From assembly GCA_000320545.1 (NCBI GenBank), contig ADNK01000773.1, positions 41,369 to 105,368 on the forward strand: a DNA stretch of 64,000 nt. The letters are read 5' to 3'. Made by a program: the position numbers and the translations under genes. Shown in pieces: positions 1-12,638 of the stretch (its first letter is position 1; every line of letters begins with the position of its first letter). Origin of the DNA: Bigelowiella natans CCMP2755 (Eukaryota > Protista > Cercozoa). The notes beneath the pieces were generated by a model that was given only the letters and a program-made list of their open reading frames with translations, did no database searches and was not told the origin of the DNA.

Positions 1-4
1 GTAG

Positions 5-3000
5 CCGAGATCTCAAACGGAAATCAAGTCCTTCTCACGACTCGGAACAAACCAGGACATTTCGCCTCGAAAAGTCGGGGATTCTTCACAATGTTTCCAA
101 ATGCAAGATGTCAAGAACAACAACCTTGCTTCCTCATCTTCAAAATCTCGGTTACTGGGAAGAAATGATGACTGTCTACCTGGGTACATACCTTCAGTCG
201 CCGTAAATGGGGCGTCTTCATCCAACACCATCGGCAACATACAGACACACGGTGGAAGCAGCACATCTACCATCAATCGCACGCAAAGCCGAAAATTTGG
301 ACATATCGATGCGTGGGTATTCGATAGAGAATGTTGCATCGAAAAGCTAAAATTCGGCCAACCAAAAGAGAGGTTTCGAGCCGCAGCCTTTATGGTGGTA
401 TATCACCTTCGTCATGTGCTACAACAACCCATGATAAAATATAAATTAATCTATGTCGCATCACGGAGATTTCGGAAGAGAAAGAAGTCCATTTCAAATG
501 GGAACGGATCAATGATGGCACCATGGGTAACAAATAAGAAAATGTGCGCAAAATATCTGCGTGAGGGAAGTCCAATCGAACGCTTTCGTGCCGCAGCATG
601 GATTCATCTTTACCACTCAAAATCCAAGCTTGATCAAATAGCTGTGCATTATAAGGTGTTGTATGTCGCGTCAACGCGAAGAATGAACAAGATGACCAGT
701 ATAAGAAATGGCACAAAAGAGAGTAAAGAAAAACTCATGATTGCTCAGCTGTCTCTACTACAGAGGAAGCACTGGAAACTTGTACGACTTGGACTCGTGG
801 GAAAGCTGAAAAAGGAGATGCAGCAGTCTAGATTCTCTCCGTTCAAACGTGGTGTATACGGCGAAACCTTCTTACATGTTGCCTTGTTATTTAATCAAAT
901 AGAAGTAGCTAAACTACTCGTACGGAAGTACCCCCTTCTGGTCAATGCAATCTACAAAGAATCAACATTCAAAGGCCAGACACCATTGCACATTGCAGTG
1001 ATTCAGGGGAATATAGACATGGTTAAGTTCCTAATTGCGGCGAAAGCTTCTGTCAACGGAGCTCATGCCACGGGTAAGTTCTTCAATCGCCACACAGGAA
1101 CCGTTCATTTTGGCGATACTCCACTTCACTTTGCCGTCTCCACTAACAAGCTGGAAATAGTCAAGTATCTAGTTAAGTGTGGAGCAGATTTGAAGGCCGT
1201 CGACTCGTTCAGATTCACTGTGTTTCATCTTGCGGTGACCTTAGAGCTCCAAGAAATGTACATCTTGCTGGAGAAAGCGGCAAGGAGGAAACACGGGAGA
1301 CATGCCGCGGATGCTTTAATCAACCTCAGGAATGAGGACGGACTTACTGCATTTCAGACTGCCGCAGCGAACGGAAATCATAGGCTTGTTAATTTCTTAA
1401 TTGAACATAGCAAGATAATAGGCTGGCAATGGGGGCCAGTCACCTGCCTTGCTTATCCTGTCAACGATCTAGTGGATGGAGCATTCAGTATCGTTGAAAT
1501 AGCCGTGAGGTGTGGCAATAGCGAGATCTTAGACTTGCCTGTCATAAAGAAGATTCTTCTTAGCAAATGGGAGACTTGCTCCCGAAATGTGTTTATTTCC
1601 TTGGCAATTATAGTTTTCCTTCAGTGCATGCTCCTTACTGCAGGCTTCGTCACCGCCGACTTTGCTATCCCTCTGAACAGAAACAATTATGCAGCTTGTT
1701 TCTACTTAGCTCTCCTCCTTGGAGTGGTCACGAAGATTACGAATATCATACATGAATTTCGCTTACGACAGTTCAGGGAACTCCCAACATCTAAACTTGA
1801 CGTGAACCACTACTTTATGATTATCGATCTGGCTTCGGGGGCATTCAACTTCATTGCTGTTATTAGCCATGCGTTCAACGGACCTAGGAAGTTCGTTACA
1901 ATGATTTCCTCCATCGGCTTGCTGGCCACGTGGGCATATACAATAAAATATCTTCTACAAAGGAAATTTCTGACATTAGTCCTATCGTCCATCTACATTT
2001 TCAAGAAAAATGTAATCGTGTTCATTGGGCTGTTCATCATAATTACCATCGCTCTGTCGGCCCCAGTGGCGAAGTTCCACGGTAGTCATCCATATCATGA
2101 GTGGATCGCAGAATTGACACTCACTGCCACTGGCTTTGGTCCGACTTTCCCGGACGCATTCGAACCTGAGATCGGTTTCGAGTATTATACGGCCTTCATA
2201 TTGTACGGGTTTGTAGTGGTTATTGTGGGACTCAACCTGCTTATCGCCATCATGTCTGATACATACAGCGAAATTTCAGGCCGCAAAGGGGATTTGATTC
2301 ACATCCAGCTTCTTGCTGATTACACACTTGAGATGGAGCATCTATATTCTCTCTTTAGCCCGTAATCAGCATACACACATATTTGCATGAGAAAACGGAG
2401 AGATGGATAGACAGACAGATCATTTGATGTGCTATGTGACGACGGCAATGATTTTAGAATGATGGAACATGACACAACTGATGAAACAGCAGCATTCTGC
2501 AATCGTCTCTTCTCCTCGTCCTTCTCCTGCCCCCATTTCCTACTTATACTGTGTGCTCATATACAAGACATAATAACTTTTTATGCAACAATGTTGAGAG
2601 TCTGTACCCAACCAAGTAGGTCACATATTTACATGTGGTACGCGTGTTTGGATGTGATATTCGTCGATCTTTACCTGCTTGATCACCTTCAATGACGCTC
2701 ACCTATCTTGCTCCCTTATTCTTTATTCTCTCTCTTAAATAGGGTCCCGAAAATAGGAAAATTAGCCACTGAGCAAGGCATACCTACTCGTAACCCGGAT
2801 CTTCGCGTCATGACAATGCTCGTCAAATCAGATAAGCGGGATAAGAAAGATAAAGATGAGCAGACTTCAATCTTTGATCGAAAGAGAAAGAAATACGCGG
2901 ACTATAGCAAGCACTTGACTAACCTTGAACAAAAAATGGAGATTCTTCAAGAGCAAGTATCGAATTTGTCCATGCTCTTGCGGCAAAGAGTCAATCCTGC

Positions 3001-3193
3001 CGTTTCTATACCTACGGATGATACTGGGGAAGTCTATAAAGAAGTAAAACACTTCTCTGATGCTGCTATTGGTTTGTCGCTGGGAGATAGGAAGACAGAA
3101 AAGAAGAAAGATCATTCAGAATACATTGGGAAGAAATTGACGGCTGGTGAGCCTGCAGGGAAGGACAAAAAACTGCAGCCGCAACCTCGCTAG
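5..3193 (+). CDS. Ankyrin-repeat TRP (TRPV-like) cation channel, multi-exon, probably 5'-partial
   Basis: ORF 101-2365 has ankyrin repeats (GETFLHVA, GQTPLHIA, GDTPLHFA, GLTAFQTA), the TRPV-type WQWGPV linker, about six hydrophobic segments and an S6 motif GLNLLIAIMSDTY. The frame is open back to nt 5, just after gtag (likely acceptor). The GT at 2362 (phase 2) joins in frame to the AG at 2741-2742 and ORF 2708-3193 (coiled-coil-like tail). Confidence 0.85.
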
Positions 3194-3569
3194 CTCGCCA
3201 CGACGAAAGGCACACCAAACGTTTTCTGCTAATCTGTCCTCCTGGCAGGATCAATGGGACTTGAAGGAAGTTGCATTTATACGAAAACGGCGATGCTTTC
3301 AGTCTATCTACCTGCCTCGACAATGTATATCATGCTGCGCGCGTGCTGGCCGGACATGCGACGCGCGATGATGACACGGTTTCGATTTCGATCGCTTTGT
3401 GCATGATGAATGATCGTTTCGCAAACCATGCTGCATGCTAGCATGCTTTACGTGCGCTGCGTGCCATCACTCACTCCTGTCCTCTGCCAATCGAATGTAA
3501 CGAGCTCAAGTGCTCGCGGTCGATCAGATTTGCAGAACACGGGGCTCAAATCTATCATGTCTTTTTCAA

Positions 3570-3997
3570 TGACTAATGTCGGACCAAACCACAAGGGCAC
3601 ACGAATTTGTTTCGCAACCACCACATGCACATGCATCGGGCACATTGCAAATCACCCAACAGTCTACATCGTCCTTTCATCTATTTTGACAATATTTCGT
3701 GGATGACATGCGGCTTTGCGCTGCAATCCATGCTGCGTCCATCAATTTTGTTCACCGTCATCGTCATCGTCATCGTCATCATCTTCGTCACCAAATGTGA
3801 AGATCTCTTCCGACGCCTGATACTCACTTGTCCCTGCAAGGTTTACTCTAGACCGTACATTCTGAGTGATGAATGAAGTCATCAAAATGAGAAATTTGCA
3901 ACTGCGTCAAGATTATCATGAGAACAGAAACATGCTTCGGAATCTTGGACGTATTATAACGATATCAACCCATAGGTTTTCGCTTGTGATATCTTAT

Positions 3998-4036
<39 letters not shown>

Positions 4037-4394
4037 TGTGTGTGTGTGTGTGTGTGTGTTCAAGCACTAACTACTGTTGCAGTAGTAGCTACAGCTACTA
4101 CTATTACTTCTATTACTGACTTTAAATTACCGTTTTCATGGGAGGAAGAATTGATTGCTTCTCATGGTTTTGAGTGGCCTTTTTGCCACTCCCCCCGCGA
4201 CGGCTACTACTATTTACTTCAATGTTGATGGGTGTGGCACGATGCGATCTTTCAAAGACTGCTCGTCTGGCCTTATATTCCTCTTGGTGTCTGAAAAGAG
4301 AATTACACCAAGATAGTTATTGATTGTAGGCAGCCTGCAGTTGCACGTTGTCTTGCAATTCTCTGTCTATTCCTCTTATTCCTTCATGATGTGG

Positions 4395-4429
<35 letters not shown>

Positions 4430-5767
4430 ATAGCATTGGTATTAAAATTGTTGTTGTTTGGTCTTGTAGTACAAATGCATTTCGTATCTCGGAATGCCAT
4501 CCACCGTCGCCGGATCAACGTCAACCCCTGTAAGCGACACCCGTGTACCTGAAACATCATTGGTAAATTGCGTGTGCCATTGGTAAATTGCGTGTGCCGA
4601 CGAGGAGGATACGTGTATGATGAGGCTGATAGTGCTGAATGGAAGCCTCGTTAAAATGACTGAACCGAAGATGTGGTTACAGTCATGCAATAATGTCCTT
4701 TAAGCATTATTACGCTAATGCCATCAGAAAGGTTGATTGGTTATCAAGCCCAGGATGAATGGATGCATATAAAGTCTATATTGTTTTTACTCTGGTAGCA
4801 CTTGCTAAGCACGTATATATTTGATGTTGTTGAACGACGATCACGATTCTGCGCTACTTCTACTACTGCTACTACTACTACTCTTCCCCCTGCGTGCACG
4901 ATGATGTTTATTCGTATTAATAATAACAATGAGAAGAAAAGCAGTACCAGTGTTCTCTCGGACATGGTTGAGGTTCGTAAGGGCCTTGACGATCTGGACT
5001 GACGTTGCATCGAATCCCTACCACCATTACACCATCATCACCATCACCATCACCATCACCATCACCATCCTTGTTGCGTTGGTTCCAGGGCATAGCGACA
5101 GCAACATCACAGGATTGGGAGCGTCCAAAGCGGTTATTTTCCACGTAAGAGAGAATTCATCACCTTTTTCTGTTTCCAATAAGCTTTGTAGGCCTTTGCA
5201 AGCTCAGCATGAGCAGATTGAAGCTGCGCCTGAATGATCGACATAGAATGTGACTATTTAATGGTGGTGGAGGGGAGTGTTCGGATGCTACCAAAATATA
5301 TGACGCCAGCCAATGTGATATCGTCATCATCATCATTATCATCATCATCAACAACAACAACAACAAAAACTGACCAAATCACGCTCTACATTGAGCGGTA
5401 TTCCAGCCCTCGACGCTGCATCGGCAAGCTTCCTGTAATTGAGTTGGAACAACATTGTGAGTCAGCAGAGCAGAGAGCAGAGAGCAGAGCAGCAGTATGG
5501 AAGTCCCAACCCTTTAAGGGACACCTATCCCCACACCAGAGAGAAAGACATAGACACCGTCGCCAGCAGCGACAAAGAGCACGGAGGACCTTCTCCATCT
5601 GTTGTTCTTTTCCAGCTGGTTGTACAAACGCACTTGCCTAAAGAGTAGTAGTAGAAGAAGAAGAAGAAGAAGTAGTAGTAGTAATAAAGCCAAATCAACG
5701 AATCGATGATCAATTCAGTGCAGGTGATAATGGTGATGGTGGTCATGATATCTAGGACGACGACGAC

Positions 5768-5801
<34 letters not shown>

Positions 5802-6054
5802 GTGACCGATTTCTTCTACCTGTCTCGCAATTCGAAGTGCAGCTCAGTATCTCGTCGGTAGTTCAATGATCTCCACCACTTTAAAATTAATGGAGACGAA
5901 TATAAAAATGTACATATACATTCTCATATCGCTATCAACCACGGGAGTCATCACCCTCATCATCATCGTCGTCGTTGTTAGTATTTATATAAACTATTAT
6001 AGCTACTCATGAGAAGAGTGATGAAGAAAACAGTTAGTAGCATTCTCAGCAGCA

Positions 6055-6089
<35 letters not shown>

Positions 6090-6485
6090 ACCGTGGTCTC
6101 TGGGCTTAACACGTCGATAGTGTTAAGCTCCTGTGCAGGCAGAAGCCAAAGAACAATCACACCACAGTGAAGACCAAACAAGAACATCGAATCATCAGCA
6201 AATTCAAGGACTCCTCAATACAACACACACCAAACAAGATACCCCACCGGCTCAAATTGAAGAGAGAAACTAACAAAAAACGGTGAATCGTGTTCATCAC
6301 CTGCGCGGTTCTGTCTTCCACAAGAACTTTCGATTTTGATTTTCTGTCGTCATATGATAGTAGCCAACATATTGTTATATCATGAATGTATGCGAAGATG
6401 CTTAGATGGATAATCTATTCTCCCCTCCCAAATCATCATCATCATCATTATCATCGTCTACTAGCTGGTTGGGTTATTCGTTATT

Positions 6486-6527
<42 letters not shown>

Positions 6528-6606
6528 CGCTGGATCTAAAGCTGGGAGCTGGGGTTCTTTGAAGTGCTTCGAGTGCATAGCCTGATGGACAGAAAACAAA
6601 TGATGC

Positions 6607-6675
<69 letters not shown>

Positions 6676-6894
6676 TATTATGAGCAAGCGAATTGTTCGG
6701 TGAAAAAGAAGGAAAAGAAGAATATGCTTTCGTGGTAGTCGTAGCTTGTAGGAGTAGGGGTCCTCAATGAGGAGGCAATGGTAGTAGATCGATCGGTTAC
6801 TACTACATCGTAAGTTGAGTTGTTCTCGTAATCATCCCTTCTAAGCCCAGATAAGACAGCACGAATGGCAGGTTGCATCTCGGCACTTTTCTGC

Positions 6895-6926
<32 letters not shown>

Positions 6927-7309
6927 ATGGTGCTGCTGCTGCTGCTGGTATGAGTGCGAGAGATCATGCTTTATCACGGTAAACAGGGTAAAAGCAAGAA
7001 GAGAAGAAAGACAACAAGATAGATCAGAGAAATATCAATTACGATGATTTCATGTGAATAGTAAGTGGAGAATCTACTATATCACCTTTGTTCTCTGCTT
7101 ATCTCCACCGTCACCTCTCCCTCCTTTCATCTCCTCGTCAAATAGTAGTCCGCACACCAGCCGTTGCCGCTGAAGTGGGAGGGGTAGAAATTAAAAACGG
7201 GGGGAGGGGGGGGGGATAGTGAGTGAGATATGTCTCTAGATGATGGGGAGAGTGCTGAGTAGAACTTTTAAGAAGAAAGTGGTGATTGAGCGGTTGCTCA
7301 CTCATGCTA

Positions 7310-7353
<44 letters not shown>

Positions 7354-9150
7354 ACAAGACGAAGAAAAACAAGAACAAGACTGCTCGATGTCCTATGTAC
7401 TAAGGTACCAAGCTGATATTCCGTGCTCCTCCTCCTCCTCCACCGCCTCCTCCTCCTGCTCCCGCCCCCCCTAGTCCTGGTCTTCGATCGTTTTTTTTGT
7501 TATTAAAGTTCTGTCGGAACGCTTGCTTCTCAGCTTCTGAGAGCGTGTAGTGCGGTCCCAAGTCCGGTAGTTCAAATGCAGGATCCGGCTTCTCGCTGGG
7601 GGGGAGGAAGATGGGGAGGAGGAAGAGAGGGAGAGCAATCAATAAACAAACCCCTATCAGCAGGGGGGGGGGGGGGAGATGGGGTAAATTTATGATTCTA
7701 TCATCATTATAATCTTCGTCTTCTTCTTTTTGATGATGATGATGGCAACGACGATAGATGATAATCATTATCATCATCATATGTTTGCAAACAGTCGTCA
7801 TTCAGACCCTTCTTGATAGGGTGGCAGCTGTCGTAGCCTCAACACATCTGTGGTAGTAGCAGCAGTATGAAGAAGAAGAAGAAGAAGAAGATGATGATGA
7901 TGAGAACAATAATGCTGATGATGCTCATTATAGCAGCCTATTAAATGATGGCGATATAAGCGGCTATGAGGCGAGTTGTAGGCGTAAATGCAGAGTTCTT
8001 CCTTACTTTCTATTATCTGCGGAGTGGGGTACTTAAAGTAAGAATCCCATGCCTCCCACAAACCTTTGAGAAGAAGAAGAAGAAGAAAAAAAGGTAAAGA
8101 GAGGAGGAGGAAGAAGGAGGGGAAGAAGGAGATTGATGACGAGGAGAATATTGCAACGTTACAGCTGATTGTCCAGAATTGAGAACACATTTGTTGAAAA
8201 CTACACTATTGCCAATATCATCCTTTTATATATATTAGCCAAGCTGTTGTTGGTATTGCTACTTTTCGGAGTCCATGTTGAACGTGATTTCTTGTTTTTA
8301 TCCTTCTTCTTCGTAATAGGCTTGTCTTCGTCCTGCAGATAAATAAATAACATACACGTTCATCATCAACATCAGCAGCATCCTTCCTTACACAATGCCA
8401 TGCCCTACGGCGGTGAGGTTGAGTCGGAAGGTAGACAAACATACGATGCCGTCAGCACCGCTACCACCACCATCACCACCATCATCATCACCATCACATA
8501 GTTGACAAAAAAAAGTAATAGCACTTGTCATCATGATTTGTTGTATCCACCATTGCTCTGCTATCTGAGGCTTGGTCCTTGCTTTTGTCGGTCTTTCCAT
8601 CGTTCAACCATTGAGTGGCCTGCAAATCAAATATGATTTATAGCAGCAACAACAACATTCAATAATGGTAGAGATTATAAAGGAGGAGGAGGAGGAGGAG
8701 GAAGAAGAAGGAAAAAAAATCAGAAAGAAAAAAGAAAGACGCACACTTTGGATCAGAGAAACTAGAAGGAGAAGAAGGAGGAGGAGGAGGAGGAGGAGGA
8801 CGACGACGACGATCTAAATCTGTCATCATCGATGTTTTCTCTCCAAAAAGACTCTTTCTCGCTATTTTGCGCAAATTGTCTTTTCATAAGCGCACATCTT
8901 CTCAGATCGAAAAGAAAACAAAAACTGCTTGATGCTACTACTGACCATTTTGTTCTCCATTTCTATCTGGTGAGCACTCATGGCTTTCTTCACAGTCTCC
9001 GAGACGTCAACTTCCTCTATTTATCAGAAGTCAATGTTGATTTTATCAAGTGATGGTGGAACTCAGGACTCACTAAAGGCCATACGTGTTATTATAAATG
9101 TACATTATTTGGTGAGTGCCATGATCTAACATATTTGTATGTTATATAAT

Positions 9151-9187
<37 letters not shown>

Positions 9188-9574
9188 TATCATCAAATAG
9201 ATATATAATTAATCTCACGTATCATGGACAGCAGCTGCTTGGCCGAGAGTATCTCAACATTTGATGTTTTCTCGCTCTCTGTCGGACAAAGAACAGTTGT
9301 AAGTAAAATAGTAGAAGCAGCAGCAGCAATCCACATGATCATCATCATTCTTCCATTACACCTTTTGTAGGAGGAGGACCACAACACGGGTTCTCCCCAT
9401 CTAGCTACCAATTCTTCATAATTAGTTCAAATATTTTCGCCGCCATTCTTCTTCTTCATCATCATCATCATTACTATTAGCATCATTATTATCATTTACG
9501 CTGTAGCACACGAACGGGTGTCGTTTTACCAGGAATCACTCTCATCAGCTTCTCTTGGATTTTCAATCCCTGAG

Positions 9575-9605
<31 letters not shown>

Positions 9606-11988
9606 CAGAGGAAGAAGAAGAAGTAGTAGTAGCAGTAGTAGCAGAAAGAATGATGTTGTGCATATAGTGAGATGTGATACGATCGAGATATGATAACTTT
9701 TCCATGCTCAGTAGTAGATGAAGTAGCAACAAGCACTCCATGTTCTCAAGAATAATAATAATAATTAAAATAATAATAATCATCATCATATAGGCCAAGG
9801 AAGACCCCCAAGCCCTGGCTGCTACAAACACACTAAGAGAGAGCGGCTAACAGCGTGTACTCATCAAGAGCGTAATGGTGCGCCATTATGATGAGGTGTC
9901 GTACCCTTTCCTTAGCAGCTTTCAGCATATTCTGCAATTCCACCAACGCTGTTGACAATTCCTAGTAGCAACACGAATTGACGAATCGATTCATATGGTG
10001 TGCGTGTTGGGGGGAGGGGGGGGGGGGGGGTTGAACACGTGACGGAGCTACCGTATCCTGTTTGATCTCAGCCTTATAACTGCTACCTCTCCCATGCTTG
10101 TTATTCTTATTTTCGTTGTTGTTGTTGTTGTCGTCGTTGTTGCAGTATCATCTACCTCTACATCTAAATCTACTTATGCATCACAGGCAATTGTGTTTAT
10201 GATTATCATCATTATTATGATCATCATGAGCAGTTGTAGTAGTAGCAGCAGCAGTAGTAGTGGTAGTGGTAGTAGTAGTAGCAGTAGGACCTCTAGTGAT
10301 AGGTTGTCTAGATTCTTCCTTCCACGGTCAGTCACAAGCTTGAGGCTGGGGGTCGGTTCAAGCGAGAACAGCTACGTGGCCGTTGGCGCATCATCATCAT
10401 CATCATCATCATCAGCGTCATCGTCGTCGTCGTAGAGCAAGCAGTAGCAGCCGTAGTTGTTGCGGTAATAGAGGGGTAGAATAATAACAAGACACAATAT
10501 TGTCAGCCGAGGAAAGAGGGAGATAATTTAATTTAAAGGAAGAAAGAAAGAGATTTGAGAGGAGGAGGAGGAGGAGGAGGAGGGGGGAGGTCCTTTTTCT
10601 TATGGATGGCGGTTGGTTTATGAGTGGGAACTGCACGATGTTTGTGGTCGATGCTGCAGTGTGAGTAAGTAGTAACCTTGATGTCAAAGTTGGTTATTTC
10701 ATTTCTCACTGCTCGCTCTATCTGTCTCTCGCTCTCGACGGAAGATCCTGATGTGCACACGATGCGGATGATGGAAGTACGAAATTAGCAATACTATTCC
10801 TGGCGCATAATTAGTGGCTTCGTTCTTAAAAACAACATATCCATGATTTTCTAAGTAACCTCTGTCAAGAGGAGGCATATTTGAATATCTGCCACTTTGT
10901 GCACCTACTAGCATATTTATGCACTGCATCGGCTGCTGTTCAGAATATGGAAGGGGGAGGGAAGCTTGATGGGAGCAAGCTCTTTGCTTGATGACCACAC
11001 CACGTTTTTATTTCTGTACGACTACATAGTTGCAAGAGTACGTTGCACTTAATGGAACCGTACCTCCTCGTCGTTCTGCCTTCGTCAAACCTTCGACGCC
11101 CAAGAATTTGCATCGGCTTGGGGTGCGGCTGTGCACAAAGATAGATCGTTGTCAGGTAAACTTCTTATTACACCTTTGGCATCTTACTAGATGATGAGTG
11201 GTGGTGGATATTGATCAAGGTCGTTGTTCGACAGACCTCAATCTCTTCAGCCTGATCTTGATAGGCGCCCCCCCCCCGATATTGTACATTTGAAAACCTC
11301 CCGACAGCAATCGAGGCATATTATCCACCTCCTTTATGTCGAAACCGCCGCTAGGTATCAATGGTGGAGAGCCCGTATCCTCGGGAAGTAATGACCCATC
11401 TGTTTATTATCACAATAATTCATCCATCCGTCCTCAGACTACTCGTAAGATGATCGTCCATCCCAAGTGAATCATATCATGTACATGTAATTTTTGCAGC
11501 GACAACCTGAAAAGCCTGCATCCCGCAAGTGCTCCCGACGCTTGGCCTCAGAGCTTCTGTTAACAATAAACAAAATAATTAATTATTCTACATCTTATCT
11601 TCAGCCCTCCTTCTCCTCCCTCCTTACACCGCAGCAACGGAAAGAAAACGTGTTTGTGACTAACCTTGTTGTTCGACGTCCTCTTCCACCAACATTATCT
11701 GATATTCCAGATGATGTCCCAGCAGCACTTCCATCCTTCTCGTCTGGATTCAACCAATCGTCATCCAATACCCCATCTCTTTCACCCTCAGTTCCGGGCA
11801 ACAGCCGTCCTATCTTGCTGCTGTCATCAGCCATAATCTCGGCGAGAATGTCTGCAGCAATTGAAATGCTGTTGTTAAAAGTGCCCTACTCTGTCTCATG
11901 AATGCGGAAAGTGATGTTGGGTATGTAAAAAGCCGGTTGAAAACAAATATACAAAGACGAAGTGTTCGGCAACAATTATACCATCCAT
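3570..11988 (-). CDS. ADA3: ADA3/NGG1-like SAGA histone acetyltransferase adaptor subunit; many short exons, 3' end uncertain
   Basis: Exon peptides in the expected order: ALVELQNMLKAAKER (~9905-9950), GLWEAWDSYFKYPT (~8025-8065), PDPAFELPDLGPHYT (~7545-7590), RRDTELHFELRDR (~5820-5860), AQLQSAHAELAKAYKAYWKQKK (5165-5230), VQIVKALTNL (~4970-5000). These resemble the FW..VEPY, IPPLGKHY and C-terminal helices of ADA3 as I recall them. Start MD|DILAEIM at 11988. Not database-confirmed. Confidence 0.6.
4000..4059. repeat. Compound microsatellite (CT)n(GT)n
   Basis: Directly visible. Confidence 0.95.
4558..4598 (+). repeat. 20-bp perfect tandem duplication
   Basis: cattggtaaattgcgtgtgc x2. Confidence 0.95.
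6489..6669. repeat. (AT)n and (CA)n(AT)n microsatellites flanking a small exon
   Basis: Directly visible at 6489-6523 and 6608-6669. Confidence 0.95.
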
Positions 11989-12638
11989 GACTGCGAGATC
12001 CACAAGTAGTCCCCAGCTGGTGGATTATTTATGTGCGGTGGCCTTATTGATCGTAAAAGATTGGTACCGACCTTTAAGTGTGAAACATCAAATTAGACCC
12101 AAACAGGTAAGGGAAAAAAGTTCAAAGGGATTCTAGCAGCTCAAATGATAAAAGCCGTGCAGTAATCAGTTTCGAGAGCTGAATAAATAAACGCCAGCAG
12201 CTCTCGGAAGCGGGGAGGGGGGCACTCAACGGATCCATTACGTAATCATCGTAATCAAGACGAATTTAACATTCTGTCCAGGTTGCTGCATTGTGATCAG
12301 GATAAATTTTTCGAATTGAAAAGTCGGGGAGGGGGGGGGGAGGTAACCAACCTCCTCCGCGCTGGAAAGTGGCGCTAAAGACGAGCCAGCTTTCTCACGT
12401 ATTCAGACAAATTATAGTCGATATTCCTCCGATATATTGCGCTACATACATTTTCGGAATCGGATGTTCACCTTACGACTATCCGTGTGGTTTTCTCAGG
12501 TCACGATACTAAATAATCATAAACACTGGCAAAACTTCGGATTTGAATAAAGAAACCTCTCATATCGATAACGATATTGTTCACAATTTTGAACCCAACA
12601 TCGAAGAAACATCTACTAAATATTGTCTTAAAATTAGA

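Noticed and set aside
3866-10760. ORF-track peptides with poly-S/L/I/V, YIYI, CVCV or ERER runs
   Set aside because: Translations of intronic microsatellites.
11060-11130. Chromodomain-like peptide QILGRRRF in the ADA3 5' region
   Set aside because: Reading frame ambiguous and no following YLVKW-type motif.
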